Numbered from the stretch's first letter, positions 11,650 to 24,246 are shown. The stretch: 46,862 bases of DNA from Octopus bimaculoides (GCF_001194135.2 NC_068991.1:12262407-12309268); one strand, 5' to 3'. Notes: generated from the sequence alone by a model not told the origin. Numbers and translations are program-made.

Positions 11650-13530
11650 TGAGGTGTTTGGACTGAACAAGTTGATATACTCGGGTATAATCATAAGCGA
11701 TTTGAAACTTTTCACTTCTAACGGTTTGTAACTGCCAAATAATTGGCTGATGCACTTAGTACCCTTCTATGGAACCCATTGATGTACGTGCTGGTTGTCT
11801 CGTAGAAAATAAATTACTGATCACAAACAATCAAAAGCCCAAACTACTGCCCTAGAGGTGAAAATAGAACTAATGAAGATGCTCTTGGGAAACTATGTGA
11901 CACCATGATTGGTTGGCATCTGAAGGCATGTTATTCAATATTTCGTTCTTCGTATTATTTAGCTCAGAATGACAGGTCCTTCTGCATTCACTTCGGTTTA
12001 CTCTAACTTCAAAAGAAAAAATGGTACAGATATTGGGACGAGATGACATAGCCGTACAAGTGCTACTGATATAATTAATCACGTAGCCATTAAATGAAAA
12101 TCAACATTTGCCAGCGTATCACACAGATGAATAGGAAAATTCTTGTTCTCACTGATGAATCAACAAGGCGAGTAATAAGCCCGCCTTAATCGTTCGTTTC
12201 AAATAGGAAAGTTATAAGGAAGGTGATCCCTAATTCATATTTTTAGACCTAATTGAACTGGGATCCCCATTTTATGTTTTTAAACCTAATTGAACTGCCT
12301 GCCTGATTAGAAAGCTGTAACTATCGCTAAGCAGAGACTGAGCTGTCTCATCAAAAGCTTACTTGAAACAGATCTTTGTAGCGCTTGCTAGTAATGTAGC
12401 GAACGTAATATTTGGTGTCAGATCTGATGTTGAAACACTTCTCAAAGTATATTACCCTGGTGTGATCATTTTATACTGTATTAATCACAGATTAAAAGCT
12501 GTGATAGGTGACTCAGTGAAAAAAGTTCATGGAATTAACCCTTTTCAATAATTGATGATTAAATTGTACTTCGCTCGCTGCAGATCGTCTCTGAATCAAA
12601 AGGAACTGTCTGAATGCTCCTCTCAATTAGAACAACAAATTTGTCAAATATAATTTTTGTGGGGCAGGGCAAGAGGTGTTTATCTAACTCGAGTCTCGTA
12701 CAGTTTCGTCACAGTGTGACGAAATTATGAAGCAATTTGTCTTCATTTTGAATATGTAATGATGAACCATGAAACGATTGTAAAAAAAATTCATGGAGAT
12801 CTATTGAAACGACAAATTTTAAAATAAATGTGACTTCATCTGAATGAATGGAATAAACGTTGGATGAAATTGTTTTACTCTCAAAGTATTTACAGAAACA
12901 CTTTGCTATTATTCCTTATGAAAAAAGAAATTGATCCGAAAACGCCAGAAACTCAAGAGCGAAATCTTTTAAAATGTTGCTTTAAACAAGCAACAGCAAA
13001 ATTGTTTCAAGTCATCTATAGTTTCTTACCAATCTGATAAAGAAAGAAAGAAATTACAACACATACGATATCCTTGATAAATTTTCAAACTTTTGAACAG
13101 TTCAATGTATTTAAATCCCTACTGGGTGAAATGTATGCCCTCGATAACGTTTTGGGGCCTGCTGAAACATTGTTTAATTAATGAAAAGCTACAGTATCAG
13201 CTCTCACTCTCTCTGTCTCTCCCTAAGCTATTTTAAGTTTTTTTCTTTTCTTTCAATAAATAATTTTAGAGCCAAGATACGAAACATCGCAAGATTTACA
13301 TCTATTACTGCGCTGTTCACAATTTCCTTCTATTAATAATGCACAATGTAATAAAGGATTTAGTTACATGAAACTGATAATAATAACAACATACTCAATA
13401 ATTCTTAAATCATATGCTTGAACTTATATTTGTTTAACTGCATGAATCTCCTTAAATTCTATGAAATCTAGAGTGGACCATATACTACATCATGGCTACG
13501 ATACAACAGATCAGAAGATAACACAAAGAC
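11650..13530 (+). mobile_element. Fossil hAT DNA transposase, KIAA1586/ZNF862-like
   Basis: Manual translation gives RK*ITDHKQSKA, SSYYLAQNDR, HSRTSATDIINHVA, VLTDEST (first catalytic D at 12154), ASNVANVIFGVRSDV (decayed ASDGA-VM-G), CINHRL (CxxH, 12477-12494), NAQCNKGFSYMKLI (CERGFS dimerisation motif, ~13347-13364) and YTTSWLRYNRSEDNTKTR. Many stops and frameshifts; TIRs not located. Confidence 0.85.
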
Positions 13531-14045
13531 AAGAGTTATTTCAGACGCCCGAACACAAATTAAACCTGACCCTTTTAGGGAGTTAATGTGATACAGCTTT
13601 TGGTAAGTAGGTAATTGCTTTTAAATTGGTAAGATACATGATTAGCATTTTTGTCTTTAATTGCTTGGTAATTATATTATTTGATAATTAGTGAGTCCAA
13701 GTCACACAGCACAGTCGCTCAATATTTGTCATATTAAATAAAATGTGTTGTGAAAGGCTGTAATTTTGTTAGTGTTTCAACTGTAATTGAGAGATGGGTG
13801 TGACGACAACAAATACAAGGATAGAATATAAGAAATGACAAGAAGTTTGTCAGCTTCGACACCTAACAATTAGAAGTGCAAAACACAAAACAGAACAACA
13901 CAGAGGATACTCGATAAACACACCACCCATAATAATACAAACAACACAGTACATGCATTTACAACCAATACACAAACAGATGACGTAACATAGACGAAAC
14001 GTATTTATTTTTATTACCGCTTGACAAAGTATCGCGAGTTGCATC

Positions 14046-14440
14046 GTGTGTGTGTGTGTATTGGCACTCCGTCGCTTACGACGTCGAGGGTTCCACTTGA
14101 TCCGGTCAACGGAACAGCCTGCTCGTGAAATTAACGTGCAAGTGGCTAAGCACTCCACAGACACGTGTACCCTTAACGTAGTTCTCGGGGATATTCAGCG
14201 TGACACAGTGTGACAAGGCTGACCCTTTGAATCACAGGCACAACAGAAACAGGAAGTAAGAATGAGAGAAAGTTGTGTTGAAACAGTACAGCAGGGTTCG
14301 CCACCATCCCCTGCTAGAGCCTCGTGGAGCTTTTAGGTGTTTTCGCTCAATAAACACTCACAACGCCCGGTCTGGGAATCGAAACCGCGATCCTATGACC
14401 GTGAGTCCGCTACCCTAACCACTGAGCCATTGCGCCTCCT
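14046..14440 (-). mobile_element. Full-length SINE family B with 13-bp TSD and (CA)n tail
   Basis: Flanks cgcgagttgcatc (14033-14045) and cacgagttgcatc (14441-14453); tRNA-like head with A/B boxes; body near-identical to 35981-36362. Confidence 0.95.
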
Positions 14441-15139
14441 CACGAGTTGCATCATACAAGCCCTAAACATCTCCCGAGCGAAGCACTGAAATCACAAGGA
14501 ATAACAGACCAAAACAGAAGTACTATTTAAACACAAGTCTACAACTACATCTATGATGCTCACATTTTAACAACAGAAACGTTATAGGTAAGCTTGATCA
14601 TGCGTGATTTGAAATCATAGACTAAAAATTAAATACCGCAAGGTATTTTGCGATCCTTCTTTCCCTTCGTTTATAGTTACGGGTGTTGAATTCGCAAAGA
14701 GAGGGTAACGGTTTCAATTCCTGAACAGGGCGGCGTGTTGTGCTCTTGAGAATATGTGATATAAAACAGCCATTTTAAGTTGTTCCGATATACGCAGTTG
14801 CAAATAATTTCCGCTAGGTCAAGAGCTTGAAAGACATGCTGGGGGTCAATGGCATGCTTGTAATTACACAGGCACCAACAGAAATTATCGATAGCATCGT
14901 GCAAGCAATCGTTATTCCGATGTAAGCAGTAAACGTATATGTAATATATGGTTATTATAATAACGTTAATAAATTATTATAATTTTACGAGCAGCATATT
15001 ACATTATACTGTAATATAATTATAATACGGTAATAGATTCTTTTATAAATATAACCACATTTATTATGCATGTTGATATTGGTATTCCATTGATATTGCA
15101 AATGACTGTAATTATATTTCAGGATATTTGGATGTCAGC

Positions 15140-15178
15140 TTGCATGTACCTCTGTGCGTGTGTGTATACGTACGTATA

Positions 15179-15232
<54 letters not shown>

Positions 15233-15495
15233 CATATATATATACATATATATATACATATATATATATATACACACATACATATATATACATATATGTA
15301 TGTGTACGTGTGTGTATGTATATATATATTTATATACACATATACATATATACATATACATGCATATATATGCAAATATAAATATATATACATGTATATG
15401 TATATATATATACATATATTTATATACATATACGCATATACAAATATGCATATGTATATAAATTTGTGTACATGTATGTACATATATACATGTGC

Positions 15496-15543
<48 letters not shown>

Positions 15544-15610
15544 ATATTTATTTATTTATTTATTTATTTATATATACACACACATACACTATATATATGC
15601 ACACACATAC
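15140..15610. repeat. (TA)n/(TACA)n/(TG)n compound microsatellite
   Basis: Direct inspection; source of the YIYI-type ORFs. Confidence 0.95.
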
Positions 15611-16179
15611 ACTTATCCTTTCATACTGGATGTAATTAATTACTTCATTTTATTTGAAATATATTGTTACCTCCCTTTCTTCCCATTCAAGCTTCTTTTT
15701 TCCTTTTATTGAGCTTTCATCGTTCTTTCATTTTCGGCACTCTTCAAATTCACTTCGCCCTCTCTTCCTACTTATTTATTTATTTATTTATTTATTCTTT
15801 CATTTATTCATCATTTTTTTTTTTTTTTCATTGCAACTCAAACAATTTTGCTGTTGTTACTGTTGTTGTTGTGGTTGTTGATAGCAAAATATCAACATCA
15901 ATGTAATTTGTTTTATTTTTTTTAATTATTTTTCTGTATGTATGTCTTTGCTAGTTTCGTTTCGTTTGATCGCAAGTTAAGCCTAGGACTTTACTCAACG
16001 TACACGTGTTAACTTCACAGATCCTGCATCATTATCATGATTAATATTATTATCATTATTGCTGTTGTTTCTCTTCCTAATATTGTTATTTTTATTATTC
16101 CCACATTCCTTTCATAATAATAACAATCATTTGGATCCTTCTTGCTATGCTTAATATTGTTATTACGATTAATATCACT

Positions 16180-16545
<366 letters not shown>

Positions 16546-16985
16546 TGACTATAATGTGTATTTTGGTCGCGTTTATTGTGCGAATGTTTTTCATATCTAG
16601 ACATTATTTTTTTTTATTATTATTGTTTTCAATTTACGCACATTTTAAGTTGTTATATTTAATTGTTGTTGTTGTTGTTGTTGTTGTAGCTGCAGCTGCT
16701 TCTGTTGTTTTTGTATGTATTGTTGTTGTCATTGACAATGTCACTTCTGAGGACTTTATTATTGTTATTACTAATCACAGTTTTTTTTCTTCTTTTTTTT
16801 TACTCTTCTTTGTTTTGTTTTTGTTCTTTGTTTTTTTTCTTCTTCTTTTCATCATTGTCTTACTGTTGAAGTCAGGTTGTGTTTTTCCTAACCATTTGTT
16901 ATTCATGTTATTGTTGTAACTCGTCTCTGTTATTTCTTCACTGTCGACTTCCTTACTCGCATCTTCTCTTTCCCTGTTTATCATT

Positions 16986-17017
<32 letters not shown>

Positions 17018-17594
17018 GTATTTTTTTTATTTATTTATTTTAACACTGTCCGTCTCAGTTTTTTCTATCGTTGGTTTTATTATCTTGTTATTGGTGCTGC
17101 AGTTAGTTCCGATTAATTGTCATGATAGCCGTCCAAGTTATTATCGTTGGCTGATTTTGTCGTTAAATTTGCTATCGTTCTCGTTGTTCTTGTAGTTGTT
17201 TACAGTTCTAACATGTCGTTGTTGTTGTTGCTGCTGTTTTAGCTAGACTGCCATTGTTAACGCGATAGAATTATTTTAGTTCCTCTATGATTGCGGTGTC
17301 TTTTTTTGGGTGGTTTTTCTTCTTAATTTTTTTACTATTTATTCATTGAAGCAATTACTTTATGTGTCACCCTCGACTTTTTCATTTTGGAAGAAGGGTT
17401 TTTTTGCATTTGTTGTTGTAGTGGCTGTCATTATTGTCATTGTTACTTGTGTTGTTGTTGCTGTTAGGGTACTTAGCCCTAGATCATCCTTGTTCATAAC
17501 AAACCTATAACCAAGGCGTTCCAGCCATACCCATCGCATTTTACCTTCCTGCATGTTGTTCAGTAGTATACTGCTTTCGAATTTTTGCATAAGA

Positions 17595-17717
17595 TCAGGA
17601 GTTTTGGGAGGGGTGGTAAATTTATTAAATTGACCCCAGTGCTCAACTGGTACTTATTTTATCGACTTCAAAATGATGAGATTCAAAGTCGACCCCAGCA
17701 GAATTTGAACTCAGAAC
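17595..17717 (-). mobile_element. SINE family C, truncated where the family A copy begins
   Basis: gaccccagtgctcaactggtacttattttatcgac...gatga...aaagtcgaccccagcagaatttgaactcagaac. Confidence 0.8.
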
Positions 17718-17728
17718 CTTATATTCAG

Positions 17729-18143
17729 TACTCTTTTACTCTTTTACTTGTTTCAGTCATTTGACAGCGGCTATGCTGGAGCACCGCCTTTAGTCAAGCA
17801 AATCGACCCCAGGACTTATTCTTTGGAAGCCTAGTACTTATTTTATCGGTCTCTTTTGCCGAACCGCTAAGTTACGGGGACGTAAACACACCAGCATCGG
17901 TTGTCAAGCGATGTTGGTAGGGACAAACACAGACACACAAACATATACACACAGTTACATATATATATACATATATACGACGGGCTTCTTTCAGTTTCCG
18001 TCTACCAAATCCACTCACAAGGCTTTGGTCGGCCCGAGGCTATAGTAGAAGACACTTGCCCAAGGTGCCACGCAGTGGGACTGAACCAGGAATCATGTGG
18101 CTGGTAAGCAAGCTACTTACCACACAACCACTCCTACGCCTAC
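17729..18143 (-). mobile_element. Full-length SINE family A
   Basis: Reverse strand: gtaggcgtaggagtggttgtgtggtaagtagcttgcttacc...ggttcagtcccactgcgtggcaccttgggcaagtgtcttctactatagcc (CORE-like segment), internal (TA)/(TG) tract, then a (gtaaaaga)2 tail. Confidence 0.92.
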
Positions 18144-18339
18144 AGTAGTATATTAATTAACCAAGTCTGAACTGTCTTAAGACAGAAAGGCGTTATTTGA
18201 AGCGAATTTGGGTTCTATTTTTAGCTAACCGAGCAACCACATAGCAACACTTTCGTTTGCCAATAGCTTTTGTAATTTACCGATGCTGTTGATGTTGTTG
18301 TCGTTGTTGATGTTAACTTACTAACTACTGTTGTACTAT

Positions 18340-18535
18340 GAGAGCGCATGACCTTAGTGGTTAGGGTGTTGACACACGATCACGAGATCGTGGTTTGAAA
18401 CTTGGACCGGGTGGTGCATTGTACTCTTGAGAAAAACACTTCATCTCTCGTTGCATTGCGATCACTCCGGCAGCTGACGTATAGCACACCGTGCGCCTGT
18501 TCAAGAGACGTCGATTTGATGGAGGAAATGAGCAA
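18340..18535 (+). mobile_element. tRNA/CORE-like SINE variant, family F
   Basis: ttagtggttagggtgttg...gtggtttgaaacttggaccggg...ttgtactcttgagaaaaacacttcat: head related to family D, different 3' part. Confidence 0.6.
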
Positions 18536-18560
18536 AAACATAGCACATATTACTATAAAC

Positions 18561-18847
18561 CAGTGGTTCCCAAAGTGGGCAGTACTGCCCCTCTGGGAGC
18601 AGTGGAAAGATCCAGGGGGTGTTAAAGAACGGTGGGGTGATAAAGGGGTGACCAGAAGTGGGCGATGGATAAAAAAAACAACAAAATACTGAGTTAATTA
18701 GATTAAGTTTTATTTTTGAAATACTGTTGTTTTTGAATTTGCTGCAGAAAGTGGTTTACGTTTGGTGAGGAGTTGGGCGAAAGGGTGCTAGGAACGTGGC
18801 CTCGGAGCCAAGGGGGCGGCAGGCCGAAAAAGCTTGGGGGACCACTG
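18561..18847. mobile_element. hAT (Charlie-like) MITE, 287 bp
   Basis: Left end cagtggttcccaaagt; right end reverse complement cagtggtcccccaagct; flanks ctataaac (18553-18560) and ttataaag (18848-18855) form a 6/8 match to an 8-bp TSD; no coding capacity. Confidence 0.85.
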
Positions 18848-19042
18848 TTATAAAGAAATTATTTGGGCAGCGCGTTCAGCAAAAACAAACGCAGAACCAT
18901 CATTGTTGTATTAGCTGTCATTGCAATTGTTGCTAAAAATTTGAGATTTTTGCTCTCTGTCGATGAAGTAGTCACTAAGCTGATGATACAGTCGCTGTTA
19001 TAACGCTTATAGTTGTATGGAGCTGCTGTCCTAACAAGCATT

Positions 19043-19112
<70 letters not shown>

Positions 19113-19262
19113 CAGTCGTTGCTGTTGTTGCAGTCGTACTAGTTGTCACCGTAATAGTTGATAACCGGTGCAGATGTTAGATGTCGCAGTTATTTGACAT
19201 GGTTGTCCTATTGCTTTGTCTCGTTAGCTTTGCTTTAGTAGTAGTGGTAGTAGTAGTAATAG
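19043..19262. repeat. (TAG)n/(TTG)n trinucleotide repeats
   Basis: Direct inspection. Confidence 0.9.
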
Positions 19263-19914
19263 TAGTTCTTGTTGNNNNNNNNNNNNNNNNNNNNNNNNNN
19301 NNNNNNNNNNNNNNNNNNNNNNNNNNNNNNNNNNNNNNNNNNNNNNNNNNNNNNNNNNNNNNNNNNNNNNNNNNNNNNNNNNNNNNNNNNNNNNNNNNNN
19401 NNNNNNNNNNNNNNNNNNNNNNNNNNNNNNNNNNNNNNNNNNNNNNNNNNNNNNNNNNNNNNNNNNNNNNNNNNNNNNNNNNNNNNNNNNNNNNNNNNNN
19501 NNNNNNNNNNNNNNNNNNNNNNNNNNNNNNNNNNNNNNNNNNNNNNNNNNNNNNNNNNNNNNNNNNNNNNNNNNNNNNNNNNNNNNNNNNNNNNNNNNNN
19601 NNNNNNNNNNNNNNNNNNNNNNNNNNNNNNNNNNNNNNNNNNNNNNNNNNNNNNNNNNNNNNNNNNNNNNNNNNNNNNNNNNNNNNNNNNNNNNNNNNNN
19701 NNNNNNNNNNNNNNNNNNNNNNNNNNNNNNNNNNNNNNNNNNNNNNNNNNNNNNNNNNNNNNNNNNNNNNNNNNNNNNNNNNNNNNNNNNNNNNNNNNNN
19801 NNNNNNNNNNNNNNNNNNNNNNNNNNNNNNNNNNNNNNNNNNNNNNNNNNNNNNNNNNNNNNNNNNNNNNNNNNNNNNNNNNNNNNNNNNNNNGAAACGG
19901 AGGAAGCGGAAATA

Positions 19915-20095
19915 ACGATGATGATGATGATGATGATATTGATGATGATGATGATGAAGACAATGACGACAATGACGATGATGATGATGATTATGATGAT
20001 GATGACGATAATAGTGGTGGTGGTGGTGGTGGTGACGGTGGCGATGATGATGAGTATGATGATGTTGACGACGATGATGATGCTGATGATGAGGT
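19915..20095. repeat. (GAT)n/(GGT)n trinucleotide repeats
   Basis: Direct inspection; gives the poly-D and poly-M spurious ORFs. Confidence 0.9.
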
Positions 20096-20813
20096 GGACG
20101 AATAGGATTATGATAAACCAGAGATTAAAAAAAAACAAAAAAACGTTATAAAAACAAAAATCAAAAAATCAAAAAAACAGCCACAATAATAAAGGTGAAG
20201 ACGATGAAAAACAGGAAGACAAAGAACGACTACAATAACTACAACAACAACGACAACAACAACAAAATGGCGACGAAGGAAGATTGGTAACGTAACGGAA
20301 CGGAACGAAATGAAATGAAACGAACGTATGTACGTACGGACGTTAGTTTGATGAACGGAGTTTGGTGAAACATGAGAGAAAGTTATAGCGACGCTAGAGA
20401 CAGCCGAAGGAGATTTTGGCGGATATAAGCTTATGATAATGGCGTGGTGTGTAAAAAGGGGAAGAGATTGTGGCGAGGGACGGGAAATAAAGGTTTCGAA
20501 GCAATGCAGGATGTGGCAGACAAGACAAGAGAAAACAAGACAAGACGAGACATGACATGGCAAGGGGTCGCAGATGAGAGAAAGGACCACTCACTAACCC
20601 GCTCGCTCGCTCACTTACACAGAAGGCAAGCGCGATCAAGCCGTAAGGAAAGGGGAACTAATGATGGTAGTGAATGGTGTGAATGTTATGGAAGGGTGCG
20701 AGGGTAATAAAGCGGTAGTGGCTAGCTGCTGACAGTGGTGGTGGTGGTGGTAGTGGTGCTGTAGAGAACACAAACGAAATACGAAAATGACAATAACAAT
20801 AATGATAATAAAC

Positions 20814-20849
<36 letters not shown>

Positions 20850-21817
20850 TAAGAATAACGGAGAGAAAAAAACTGAAAAGTGGAGTGTAAATTATCGGTC
20901 TCTTCGAATGGCTTACGGTAAAAGGATGAAGCGTTTAAACAGAAGAGCGTGTAAAGGGGAGTTAATAGAAAGAGGCTGTCAGCAGAGAGATTGGCCATTA
21001 AAAACCTGCTGGTGTGTTTTGTGTGTGTAATGTGTGTGTGTGTGGTGTGGGTGTATATTGCGCTGGTGTGTGCGTGTGTGTGTATGTGTTTCTGCCTCTG
21101 TGTGTTTATGTATATGCTTATGTATATGTACATAAGCACACAAACACGTATTCGCGCACACATATATTANNNNNNNNNNNNNNNNNNNNNNNNNNNNNNN
21201 NNNNNNNNNNNNNNNNNNNNNNNNNNNNNNNNNNNNNNNNNNNNNNNNNNNNNNNNNNNNNNNNNNNNNNNNNNNNNNNNNNNNNNNNNNNNNNNNNNNN
21301 NNNNNNNNNNNNNNNNNNNNNNNNNNNNNNNNNNNNNNNNNNNNNNNNNNNNNNNNNNNNNNNNNNNNNNNNNNNNNNNNNNNNNNNNNNNNNNNNTGTA
21401 TGTGTGTATGTATGTATGTATGTATATGTATGTACGCAAGCGTGTGTATAAGTATGTATGTGTGTGTGTATAAGTATGTATGTGTGTATGTATGTATGTA
21501 CGTATGTATGTATGTATGCCTATAGAAACAAACGTGTGAGTATATACCGAATGAGTGATCTGTAATTCTGCGAGTTTGTTCTTAGATGTGTGGGTATGTG
21601 TGTTCGTGCTTGCGTGTGTGCGTATGCATGTATCTGTATGTATGTGTCTACTTATGGGTGTGTGTGAGTGTGTGTTTGTAAGACGATATTGCCATTCTGG
21701 TGCTGTCATTGTCCTTTTACTCGCCTGCATGCGTCTACTGGTGTGTGCGTGTATATGTTCATGTATCTGTGCGTGTGTGTGTGTGTGTACCTCACAGTCT
21801 GTATACAAACGTGTATG

Positions 21818-21848
<31 letters not shown>

Positions 21849-22473
21849 GTGTGTGTTTATGTGTGTGTGTGTACCTCACAATCTGTATACAAGCGTGTAT
21901 GTGTATATATATATACACGCACACACACATGTGTGTGTGTGTGTTTGCGCGCGTGAGTGTGTGTGTGTGTTTGCGCGCGTGAGTGTGTGTGTGTGTACAA
22001 ATGTGTGCGGTCACGTGTAGTGTGAAATGTTGTTGGATCTTTTGCTGAGTAAAGAAATATTCAAATAGTATGAAATTTTAAGTGAGGATGAGGGAGGGAG
22101 AGAGGGAGGCGGAGTGGAAGGGGGAGTGAAGGAGCGATTAAATATTAGTTCAAAGAAGGAAAGTGTTAGTATGAAATAGTGAGGGAGAAAGAGAGTGGGA
22201 GTGTGAGAGAGAGAAGGTGGGGAGTGTGAGAGAGAGACAGAATGAGAAAGAAATAGATTATGTAAATCAGTGTGTTTACGTGAAAAAGTGAGGTAATGAG
22301 ATTATAGGCAGTCATAAAGAGAGAGACACAGAGAGAGAAAGAGAGAGGGAGCGAGATAGACAGAGAGACAGAGAGACAGACAGAGAAGGAGAGAGAGACA
22401 TGTATAAGTACATAAACTCAATAGACTCACACGCTCACACACACAGACGCGCACGCACACACACACACACACG

Positions 22474-22512
<39 letters not shown>

Positions 22513-22554
22513 GGGCGAAAGAGAGACGCATTGATACAAAAACACAAATATATG

Positions 22555-22723
22555 TAGATAGATAGATAGAGAGAGAGAGTGAGAGAGAGAGTGAGAGCTG
22601 GGAAGAGAAAGAGTGAGAGAAAGAGAGAGTGAGAGAAGGAGAGAGTGAGAAGAGAGAGAGTGAAAGAAAGTGGGTGCTAGGTAGAGAAAACCTCACAACA
22701 CAACAGAGAGAATAAATGAAGGT

Positions 22724-22762
<39 letters not shown>

Positions 22763-22875
22763 AAGAGAAAGAAAGAGAGAGGAAGAAAGAGAGAGAAAGA
22801 AAGAGAGAGAAGGAAAGAGAGAGAAAGAAAGAGAGAGAGAGAAAGAGAGAGAAAGAGAGAGAAAGAGAGAGAGAG
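22555..22875. repeat. Polypurine (GA)n/(GAAA)n tract
   Basis: Direct inspection. Confidence 0.9.
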
Positions 22876-23483
22876 NNNNNNNNNNNNNNNNNNNNNNNNN
22901 NNNNNNNNNNNNNNNNNNNNNNNNNNNNNNNNNNNNNNNNNNNNNNNNNNNNNNNNNNNNNNNNNNNNNNNNNNNAACACCACATCACACAACGCGGCAC
23001 CAACTCCATCACAACACCACCGTGTCACGCCAAGACCACCCAAAAGACGTCATGTCACACCGCATCAGCCAAACGACGCCACACTATTACTACGTCATAT
23101 CGCACGAACCCCCCGTCCAAACGTGGCACCCCACTCCACGCAGCGCCATGCCACACCGATCGACACTGCCCTACACCCACACCGAACCGTACTACACCTG
23201 TTTTACACCATACGCCACACCAATAATTCGGACACAAAGCATCACATTTCAGCGCTCCTTTTGTCTATTTATCAATTCCTACTGAAAATGTCAACTACCT
23301 GAATTAAATAATCTCTCGCCTCAAAATGTATTTTTTTTTAACAAAGAGGAGGGACAGGAGGAACTCTTATGTTTTTACCAGAACGGTGAGACAACAGTCA
23401 TAACTCAAGGACCAGGCAACTGAAGTTCCACAAAAGATAATGAAAGTATTACAATAATAATAATGATGATGATGATGATGATG

Positions 23484-23550
<67 letters not shown>

Positions 23551-23551
23551 G

Positions 23552-23838
23552 GTAACTCGAATTTGGAATCTAAAAACAGAAACAATTCCTATCATAGTAG
23601 GCGCCTTAGGCATGATAAAAAAAATATTCAGACAAATACATAACAAAAACACCAGGACTTACAAATATATATAACATACAGAAAATTGCACTACTGGGCA
23701 CTGCACACATCCTACGCAAAACACTTTCAATACAGTAACCATAAGAGCATCACAGCAAACCACAGCATATACCCAGGGCACACAGAGCTGCGCTCAGTCG
23801 TGAAGTGAAAGCACGTTATAAAAATAAAACTACTGAAT
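23552..23838 (+). mobile_element. 5'-truncated R4/Dong-like (restriction-like endonuclease) LINE 3' end
   Basis: Translation VTRIWNLKTETIPIIVGALGMIKK/(+1 frameshift in an A8 run)/YSDKYITKTPGLTNIYNIQKIALLGTAHILRKTLSIQ* (stop 23736-23738) resembles the IP-V-GALG...QK--LLGTA-ILRK C-terminus of R4-clade elements; 3' UTR to ~23838. Confidence 0.8.
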
Positions 23839-23940
23839 ATCGGTGTCGATATAATCGATAAAATCTCAAAATCGCTGGCCTTTTGCTAAAATTAAAAAGA
23901 ATCTTGAAGAGTAATTGATTTAAAGTCAGGTCCTAGTTTC

Positions 23941-24246
23941 GCCCTCCGTCGGATACGACGATGAGGGTCCCAGTTGATCCGATCAACGGAACAGCCTGCT
24001 CGTGAAATTAACGTGCAAGTGGCTGAGCACTCCGCAGACACGTGTATCCTTAACGTAGTTCTCGGGGATATTCAGCGTGATACAGAGTGTGACAAAGCTG
24101 GCCCTTTGAAATAAAGGTACAAATCATTTATGTCCACTGAGTGAACTGGAGCAACGTGAAATGAGGTGTCTTGCTCAGGTACACAACGCGATGCCTGGAA
24201 TCGAAATCATGACATTACGATTGTGTGCCGAATGCCCTAACCACTA
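23941..24246 (-). mobile_element. Chimeric SINE: family D-like CORE head plus family B tail
   Basis: 23941-24110 matches B tail 14061-14230; 24135-24246 reverse complement (gttgtgtacctgagcaagacacctcatttcacgttgctccagttcactcag) matches the D head at 36950-37010. Confidence 0.8.

Noticed and set aside
13971-14010. Hammerhead-like string CAGAUGA-C-GUAACAUAGAC-GAAAC-GUA
   Set aside because: The core has U4>A, stem II is only 2 bp and stem I only 3 bp, and the flanks do not match the two PLE-like copies. At best a decayed relic.
21775-21990. ~90-bp and ~22-bp tandem duplications within TG/TA tracts; similar short duplications at 24718-24770 and 28851-28872
   Set aside because: Ordinary slippage or unequal-exchange products in microsatellite-rich DNA.
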